Part shown: positions 26,450-32,000 of the stretch, piece after piece
Numbering within the stretch: position 1 is the stretch's first letter
Layout: every line of letters begins with the position of its first letter
Assembly: GCA_016699935.1 (NCBI GenBank)
Contig: CP064992.1
Span: 990,001-1,022,000, forward strand
Source: Candidatus Saccharimonadota bacterium
Lineage (GTDB): Bacteria; Patescibacteriota; Saccharimonadia; Saccharimonadales; UBA4665
Length of the DNA stretch: 32,000 nucleotides
Direction of reading: 5' to 3'
Made by a program: the position numbers and the translations under genes
The notes under the pieces: generated by a model
What the model was told of the DNA's origin: nothing
Database searches by the model: none
Seen by the model: the letters and a program-made list of their open reading frames with translations, nothing else

Positions 26450-27051
26450 AGAGTTTGGCGTCCATCAAGGGCGCGACTGAGGGTAATTTGGTCGGCATAT
26501 TCCAAATCGACACCGATCGGTAGGCCGCGAGCTAGGCGAGTGATTTTTAGTGGTCGGTCGCCAATTTGCTGCTGGATGTACAATGCGGTAGATTCACCTT
26601 CCACGCTGGCATTAGTTGCAAAAATGATTTCAACTACATTGTCTTCATCAATACGTTTGATAAGTTCGGTAATGTGAAGTTGTTCAGGAGTGACACTATC
26701 TATCGGCGAAACCAAGCCGCCTAGCACATGATAAGTTCCTCGAAAGCTGCCAATTTTTTCAAGTGCGACAATATCTAGAGGTTCTGCTACTACGGCGACA
26801 ATTGTCCGATCCCGTCGTGGGTCACTATACAGTTCTGATACGTCAGATTCAGCATCAATTAAGGTAAAAGTTTTCGGGCAGTATTTGACATTTTTATGCA
26901 GGTCACTAAGAGCTTGGGCAATTTGCTGCGACTTAGCCGGATCTCGCCTGACTAAGAAATAAGCATAACGTTCAGCCGTACGTGAACCAACTCCTGGGAG
27001 ATTACCTAAAGCTTCAATAAGCGATTCGAGTGCTGCTGGTAGAATCTGCAT
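26446..27051 (-). CDS. recR: recombination protein RecR
   Basis: HhH motif LPGVGSRTAERYAYFL and a Toprim region (FATNASVEGESTALYI). Lies immediately downstream of ybaB. Confidence 0.9.
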   Translation of the reverse strand: MQILPAALESLIEALGNLPGVGSRTAERYAYFLVRRDPAKSQQIAQALSDLHKNVKYCPKTFTLIDAESDVSELYSDPRRDRTIVAVVAEPLDIVALEKIGSFRGTYHVLGGLVSPIDSVTPEQLHITELIKRIDEDNVVEIIFATNASVEGESTALYIQQQIGDRPLKITRLARGLPIGVDLEYADQITLSRALDGRQTL

Positions 27052-27054
27052 GTT

Positions 27055-27347
27055 TTAAAGACCAAGATTGCCGAGCATGCCCATAAATGGCTGCATTTTC
27101 TCTGCAGCGACTTTCTGGCTTTCAGAAATGGCATCTTTGACGGCGTCTTCAATCCACCGCTCCAATTGTTCAATATCGTCTAGGTCGATCTGCTGCGGAT
27201 CTATCTTCACTTTTTTAATTTTTGTTCACCTGTAATCTCAACACGTACCGCACCATCACCCTGTTCGACGGTAATTACCATTTTTTGTAATTCTTTTTGA
27301 ATTTTTTTCACTTGCAGTAACATCTTCGCTTGGTCAAATCGACTCAT
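27055..27347 (-). pseudogene. ybaB: YbaB/EbfC nucleoid-associated protein, frame broken in an A-run as sequenced
   Basis: GGAGGAAAAT precedes ATG 27347. MSRFDQAKMLLQVKKIQKELQKMVITVEQGDGAVRVEITGEQK then hits a stop. The remainder (KVKIDPQQIDLDDIEQLERWIEDAVKDAISESQKVAAEKMQPFMGMLGNLGL*) is in the next frame. The join is at the A5/A6 runs, plus-strand 27211-27223. Confidence 0.8.
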
Positions 27348-27525
27348 ATTTTCCTCCGTTAGTCCTACTATTGTAACAGATTATTAAGGCTGTTTTATGG
27401 AATAGACAGCCTTTGTCTCAGGAGCGTTTGGCCAGGCGGTAAAGTATGCTCGCAAGTGATACAGCATCGAGAAGCTGATAAGGGTAAGTAGTAAAACGAC
27501 ACCACTATATTTGGCGACTGGATTT

Positions 27526-28569
27526 TTAGGAAAACACTGACAGCCATTGGTCAAGCAAATAAAATAACCCGCCAGCGATAGTCAGATACACCAAAGGGAT
27601 GAGCATAGCAATAGTTGCGCTTCCGCCAATTACTATCAGGGCTGTCGCTACGAGAAGAGTTCCAATAAGGAAGTAATTACCACGAAGAACGGGACGCTTC
27701 ATTATTAGCAATAGACCGGCTATGAATAAAATGGTTTCTCCTACAGTTAGGAGCGGCGCGCCGTACATCCAATATTCAGTTGGCCAATAACCCCTATATA
27801 TAATCGATGAGCCGAGGTGAAGAAAATTTTCCACAATGAGTACAGGATTTGGTATTGTGGTTGGTAGACCAAAGACTGCCCTCAGAACCGCAAGGTCGCG
27901 TACCATTCCAACTAGAAGCGGCACGATAATGCTTAACCCCAGGGTAAAAATGAGTGTTGTGTGTACGACACCCAGCTTGCCAAACAAGTGCTGGATTTGT
28001 TTTCGCATAAGGTATAAGCCAATCAGTGCAAACCAAGCCATTCCGGGCACATACAAACACGTTGCAATGACCGCGGTAATACCGTACGACATAAGGCGCT
28101 CATGCTTTGTTCTTCGCATTAAGAACACGCACGATATTAACACAAGCGTTCCCATTTGGAGTATGTGCGCGCTGCCAAACCGTCCAATATGTAAAAAGCC
28201 CGATGAGCAAACAAAGAGAAGACTGCTTAACAGTGCTACACGCTTGGAGTACCAATGCGTTGCAACCCAATAAAACAGCACCGCCGCAATGACTGCAAAG
28301 AACGCTGAAGCGATTCGTGTTACCGCTAAACTGTCATGGCCCATTTTTTGTCCAGTCCACACGAGTGCTTTATATGGCGCGTTGACCGGGTTTTCGTATA
28401 TAACCCGGAGACTGCTTGATTCTTGCTTCGTCTGGACTTCTTGCGCTGCGTAATTGCCTGGTAATGTAGTGATACCTCTAAAAAGCAGCACATATGCAAT
28501 ACATCCTAGCCCGATGCTGGCAACTGCGAGACGCCAATGCGTACTAATGAAGCTTAAAAATCTGTCCAT
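27526..28569 (-). CDS. polytopic membrane protein, possibly a GT-C fold (ArnT/PMT-like, GT39/83) glycosyltransferase
   Basis: About 9-10 TM helices. The early loop and FYWVATHWYSKRVALLSSLLFVCSSGF region resemble family 39 proteins. The reading frame appears to continue to 27384 after a 1-nt shift near 27531-27534. Confidence 0.45.
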   Translation of the reverse strand: MDRFLSFISTHWRLAVASIGLGCIAYVLLFRGITTLPGNYAAQEVQTKQESSSLRVIYENPVNAPYKALVWTGQKMGHDSLAVTRIASAFFAVIAAVLFYWVATHWYSKRVALLSSLLFVCSSGFLHIGRFGSAHILQMGTLVLISCVFLMRRTKHERLMSYGITAVIATCLYVPGMAWFALIGLYLMRKQIQHLFGKLGVVHTTLIFTLGLSIIVPLLVGMVRDLAVLRAVFGLPTTIPNPVLIVENFLHLGSSIIYRGYWPTEYWMYGAPLLTVGETILFIAGLLLIMKRPVLRGNYFLIGTLLVATALIVIGGSATIAMLIPLVYLTIAGGLFYLLDQWLSVFS

Positions 28570-28607
28570 AAGAAGTATGTGTGTAAGTATACAGCGAGCT
28601 TGTCGTG

Positions 28608-28637
28608 AATGCCAATGCCAATGCCAATGCCAATGCT
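28608..28637. repeat. hexanucleotide microsatellite (AATGCC)x4 plus AATGCT
   Basis: Read directly. Located between the dnaB stop and the start of the downstream membrane-protein gene. Confidence 0.9.
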
Positions 28638-28674
28638 AGGGAGTATTACCGTAGTGGCGGCGTACTTCCTGGGG

Positions 28675-30030
28675 TTACTCTGTCCCAAACGGTACAGATG
28701 CGTGACTACTGTCGAGCGAACGAATGCGTTGCTTTTCGCGGTCGAAATATAGTTCGACACCACCGGTCGGTCCATTACGGTGTTTTTTAATCAGAACGTC
28801 CATGATGTTTTTACGCTCGCTGTCGGGCTCGTAGTATTCTTCTCGGTACAAAAACGCCACGACGTCCGCATCCTGTTCAATAGATCCTGACTCTCGAAGG
28901 TCGGCAAGCTGTGGAATTTTTGGGCTGCGACTTTCTACGGAGCGACTCAGCTGGCTAAGCGCAATCAGTGGGACATTGAGTTCCCGGGCGATGCCTTTGA
29001 GACCTCGTGAAATTTCGGATATTTCTTGAACTCTATTGCCGTCACCGCCGTATTTGCTCCCGCCGCTCATAAGTTGAAGATAGTCGACAATAATGAGACC
29101 AATTTTTTGGGTGTGGGCTTCCCGTCGAGATTTTGTACGGAGGTCGCTAACAGTTATCCCTGGCGTGTCGTCAATATAGATTTTGGCCTCAGAGAGTGTC
29201 CCCATGGCTTCTCCAAGTCGTTCAAAATCATCGTCGGTCAACTTGCCGGTGCGGAGTGCCCATGCGTCAACACCAGACTCCATTGCCAACAGACGATCAA
29301 CAAGCTGTTCCTTGCTCATTTCCAGACTGAAAATCAAGACAGCTTCCTTTGCTTGTGTGGCGACCTTATGAGCCAGGTTTAGAACGAAGGCTGTTTTTCC
29401 CATAGATGGACGTGCTGCTATGATAAACAGATCAGACCGCTGCAGACCGGCGAGAATGTTGTCGAGATCACGGTAACCGGTTGGCACGCCGCGTAACTTA
29501 TTTTTATCTTTGTGCAGGTCGTCAAGGCGCTCAAAACTCTCGGCAAGGACTGACTCTAGGCTGACAACATTTTGTTTGACATGCTGCTGGCTGACAGCAA
29601 AGAGCCGGCTTTCAGCTTCCTCTATAAGTTCCTTGAGCTCTTTTGATTCATCTTGACCGAGGTCTGCCATGACGGCGCTAGCTGCAATGAGGCGTCTTCG
29701 CAATGCTTTCTGGGCAACAATGTCGGCGTACTGTTCGACATGGGCAGCGGTAGGGACAAAGTTGGTGAGCTCGGTTAAATACGATGGGCCGCCAACCATA
29801 TCGAGGAAGCCGTTACCTTTCAGTTGATCGGCTAATGTTAGGATGTCTATAGCTGAGCGCTTTTCATACAATGATTGCAGGGCTTCGTAAATACGCGCAT
29901 GCTTTTGGTCGTAAAAATCATCTACAGATATACGGTCAGCAATTTTTACAATAGCGTCGGTGTCGATAAGGATAGCGCCGAGCAGGCTCGCTTCCGCTTC
30001 AACATTGTTGGGAGGCGTTGTATTGGCCAT
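28675..30030 (-). CDS. dnaB: replicative DNA helicase DnaB
   Basis: NVEAEASLLGAIL N-terminal domain, Walker A ARPSMGKTA, IVDYLQLM, ALSQLSR and RESGSIEQDADV. Confidence 0.95.
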   Translation of the reverse strand: MANTTPPNNVEAEASLLGAILIDTDAIVKIADRISVDDFYDQKHARIYEALQSLYEKRSAIDILTLADQLKGNGFLDMVGGPSYLTELTNFVPTAAHVEQYADIVAQKALRRRLIAASAVMADLGQDESKELKELIEEAESRLFAVSQQHVKQNVVSLESVLAESFERLDDLHKDKNKLRGVPTGYRDLDNILAGLQRSDLFIIAARPSMGKTAFVLNLAHKVATQAKEAVLIFSLEMSKEQLVDRLLAMESGVDAWALRTGKLTDDDFERLGEAMGTLSEAKIYIDDTPGITVSDLRTKSRREAHTQKIGLIIVDYLQLMSGGSKYGGDGNRVQEISEISRGLKGIARELNVPLIALSQLSRSVESRSPKIPQLADLRESGSIEQDADVVAFLYREEYYEPDSERKNIMDVLIKKHRNGPTGGVELYFDREKQRIRSLDSSHASVPFGTE

Positions 30031-30114
30031 AGTGTCTCTTAACTCTTATCTCTTTACTCTTATCTCTGTCTGTTGACTATGATTCTAGCAGTTCGGCGCC
30101 GCCAAAGATATTGC

Positions 30115-31584
30115 TTATGGTTGTAATTGCATCGTTGGTTGACGCTTTGTGCGCAACGGGCTCACCTTTTGACAGCGAATGGTGGTTGGCTTGTTCCGCA
30201 CCGCTTCGGTGAATTTTGTTAAAATTGCGATATTGCGTGGTTCACTCAGGCGCTTTTGGTGAAACGCAAAGGAAAGTTCAAGTGTGAGGGTATCGTCACT
30301 GAGGGTCGGACGAGCCATGCGTGCAATACCGTACAGAGTATTGTGTGTTTGCTTGAGCTGCTGTAAGACATCACGCCACACAGATTCGACGTCGTCTGTA
30401 TCTGTATTGGTAGCTACAGCCTGTTTCTCCGTGGTTCGCGATGTTTCGCTATGCGTATCGTCAGTAGCTTCGGGAGCGGGAGATGTTTCTGTTACTGGCG
30501 AAGGCTTTGGCTGTTGTATTGTGGGTTTCGTGGGTGTTTCGGGCGCGGGTATAGTAGTTTTAACCTGGGATGGCTCTAGGACCACTGTTGGGCTTAACGC
30601 CATTTGTGATTCGGCGTTCGTGCTTTGTAAACAGCTACGCAAAATAACGACTTCGAGCATTGCAGAAGGATTGTGTGCAGGCGGTATGTCGAGTAGTTGT
30701 CGCAATAGCGATAGTGTCAGCTCTGGACTCATCGCTGGTTTGGTGCTGTGATCAAGCAGGTTTAAGCGAAGAAGTTGGCTTAGCTGACGAGCGACCATAG
30801 CCGGTTCATACCCTTGCACCAGAAGTGCGTGCAGCGCCGAGAGAGCCTTTTGGGCATCGTGATTGACGGTGGCATTCAGAATTTCATCGATGTGTTCCGC
30901 CGGTACTCGTCCGAGCAATGATTCAACTTGAACTTTAGTGATGTGACTGCTCAGGCTACTCGCTTGATCAAGCAGGCTTATACTGTCACGAAAGCTGCCT
31001 TCGCCGTGGTCCGCTATGAGCTGCAGTGCGTCATCATCGAGTGTGATATGTTCTGTTTGGGCGATAGTTCGCAGATGATTAACGACTTGTTCCACTGGAA
31101 CGGGCCGAAAACTGAAACGTTGAGTGCGGCTAATGATGGTCTCGGGTAGCTTGTGTGCTTCTGTGGTTGCAAGAATGAAAACGACATGTTCAGGTGGCTC
31201 TTCAAGCGTTTTTAGCAGTGCGTTAAAGGCTGCCTTGCTCAGCATGTGAACTTCATCGATGATAAACACTTTGTACTTGGCGCTGGCTGGTGCGGACATG
31301 ATCTTATCGCGGAGGTCGCGCACGTCTTCGACGCCATTATTGCTCGCAGCATCAATCTCAATGATATCGAAATGCGGTTCTTCGCTGTAAGTGAGGCTAT
31401 TGATTTCATGTGCGAGGATACGGGCGATGGATGTTTTGCCGACGCCGCGCGGGCCAGTCAGTAGATAGGCGTGCGCGATTTTCCCTGATTTGAGAGCGTT
31501 TTGAAGCGTCGTCGTGATATGGTCTTGTCCGACAATTTCACTCAGTGACCGTGAACGGTATTTTCTGTATAAAGCCTTCCCCAT
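30115..31584 (-). CDS. dnaX: DNA polymerase III subunit gamma/tau
   Basis: GPRGVGKTS Walker A, IIDEVHMLS, SRTQRF. Pro/Thr-rich linker and a C-terminal domain. Confidence 0.9.
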   Translation of the reverse strand: MGKALYRKYRSRSLSEIVGQDHITTTLQNALKSGKIAHAYLLTGPRGVGKTSIARILAHEINSLTYSEEPHFDIIEIDAASNNGVEDVRDLRDKIMSAPASAKYKVFIIDEVHMLSKAAFNALLKTLEEPPEHVVFILATTEAHKLPETIISRTQRFSFRPVPVEQVVNHLRTIAQTEHITLDDDALQLIADHGEGSFRDSISLLDQASSLSSHITKVQVESLLGRVPAEHIDEILNATVNHDAQKALSALHALLVQGYEPAMVARQLSQLLRLNLLDHSTKPAMSPELTLSLLRQLLDIPPAHNPSAMLEVVILRSCLQSTNAESQMALSPTVVLEPSQVKTTIPAPETPTKPTIQQPKPSPVTETSPAPEATDDTHSETSRTTEKQAVATNTDTDDVESVWRDVLQQLKQTHNTLYGIARMARPTLSDDTLTLELSFAFHQKRLSEPRNIAILTKFTEAVRNKPTTIRCQKVSPLRTKRQPTMQLQP

Positions 31585-31943
31585 CGTCTTAATGATTATA
31601 GTCGCTTATCCGCAAGATTTCGAATGTAGTTATTACAATCAATCACGAACTTCGCACCAGCCAGCCTGCCTGAAACGATCCGCTGTCTTACCATAACCCC
31701 ACGAAACCAGTTACGTGGTGACCCCGTTCTTTATGCTCCTGCGCATTTTTCCTCTCCAGTACTATCTTCACCGTACTTTATAGTACAACTCGTTCCGTGC
31801 ATCGAGGAGAAAATGATTTAAGAGCGTGAGAGTGCGAAACTTGTGTCTATACCAGCCAAATTTGTTTCACTCATTTCGATCATGTGCTGTAGGTGTTATG
31901 CGCCCTACGATTTGCGCCTGAAGCGCAAAACGTACTGGTAAGA

Positions 31944-32000
31944 CTACAAAGCGGTGATAATGACACCGATTACAGCGAGGCCTATGGCTACCCAAAGCAG
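31944..32000 (-). CDS. 3' end of an unidentified membrane protein gene (partial)
   Basis: The minus frame is open from the window edge: LLWVAIGLAVIGVIITAL then TAG. Followed by the hairpin TTTGCGC-TTCAG-GCGCAAA. Confidence 0.25.
   Translation of the reverse strand: MLWVAIGLAVIGVIITAL

Noticed and set aside
28608-28637. The (AATGCC)x5 microsatellite upstream of the GT-C-like gene might act as a phase-variation switch. The minus-strand units supply TTGGCA, a -35-like hexamer 18 nt from a TATACT -10.
   Set aside because: Because the repeat unit itself carries the -35-like hexamer, gain or loss of units would not change the -35/-10 spacing. No evidence of length variation is available, so it is kept only as a repeat feature.
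31585-31943. Expected an SRP RNA (ffs) upstream of dnaX, by analogy with the ffs-dnaX-ybaB-recR arrangement of Firmicutes. The ~360-bp region is ORF-free and has hairpins (for example CCACG-AAACCAGTTA-CGTGG).
   Set aside because: I could not find the conserved helix-8 motif (GGAA/GNRA tetraloop with AGCAGC-type internal loops) on either strand. The region is left unassigned, and an Infernal scan would settle it.

Overview
32-kb chromosomal window from a small-genome bacterium. The gene set and protein sequences look Saccharibacteria/CPR-like, but that is inference only.

Layout:
1. 1-6 kb: the 3' end of an FAD-linked oxidase gene, then a cyoABCDE operon (cytochrome bo3 ubiquinol oxidase plus heme O synthase).
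2. 6.1-7.2 kb: a hairpin-rich spacer flanked by 23-bp direct repeats, then a UPF0104/flippase-like membrane gene.
3. 7.28-7.71 kb: an intact tRNA-Gln(UUG) preceded by three tandem 120-121 bp palindromic modules built from sense and antisense tRNA-Gln halves. This is the most unusual feature, and I know no described equivalent.
4. 7.8-15.4 kb: a copper/metal cluster in two divergent units. The minus strand carries a small secreted Met/His protein, an HMA-permease-cupredoxin fusion, copZ, and a 1200-aa copA with an extra TM helix and a tandem-repeat C-terminal tail. The plus strand carries an ArsR-YHS regulator and two DUF305 proteins.
5. 15.4-16.8 kb (AT-rich by eye): a single-HKD PLD nuclease-like gene translationally coupled to a small acidic protein, plus a Cys-containing secreted protein.
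6. 16.9-32 kb: envelope and housekeeping genes (capA-like, M15 peptidase, alpha/beta hydrolase, two GT4 glycosyltransferases, AI-2E transporter, cysS, DHH phosphoesterase, DUF1653, recR, ybaB, GT-C-like membrane protein, dnaB, dnaX).

Cross-cutting pattern: I count about 15 single-base reading-frame disruptions. Eight sit at A/T homopolymers of 4 or more bases, and two more sit at shorter runs or an AAAGG context. Affected genes are cyoA, cyoC, cyoE, the flippase-like gene, the HMA-permease, DUF305, capA, cysS, ybaB and the GT-C-like gene. The long ORFs cyoB, copA, dnaB and dnaX are clean. This means an indel-prone assembly, genuine gene decay, or slippage-dependent expression. Raw reads are needed to decide.
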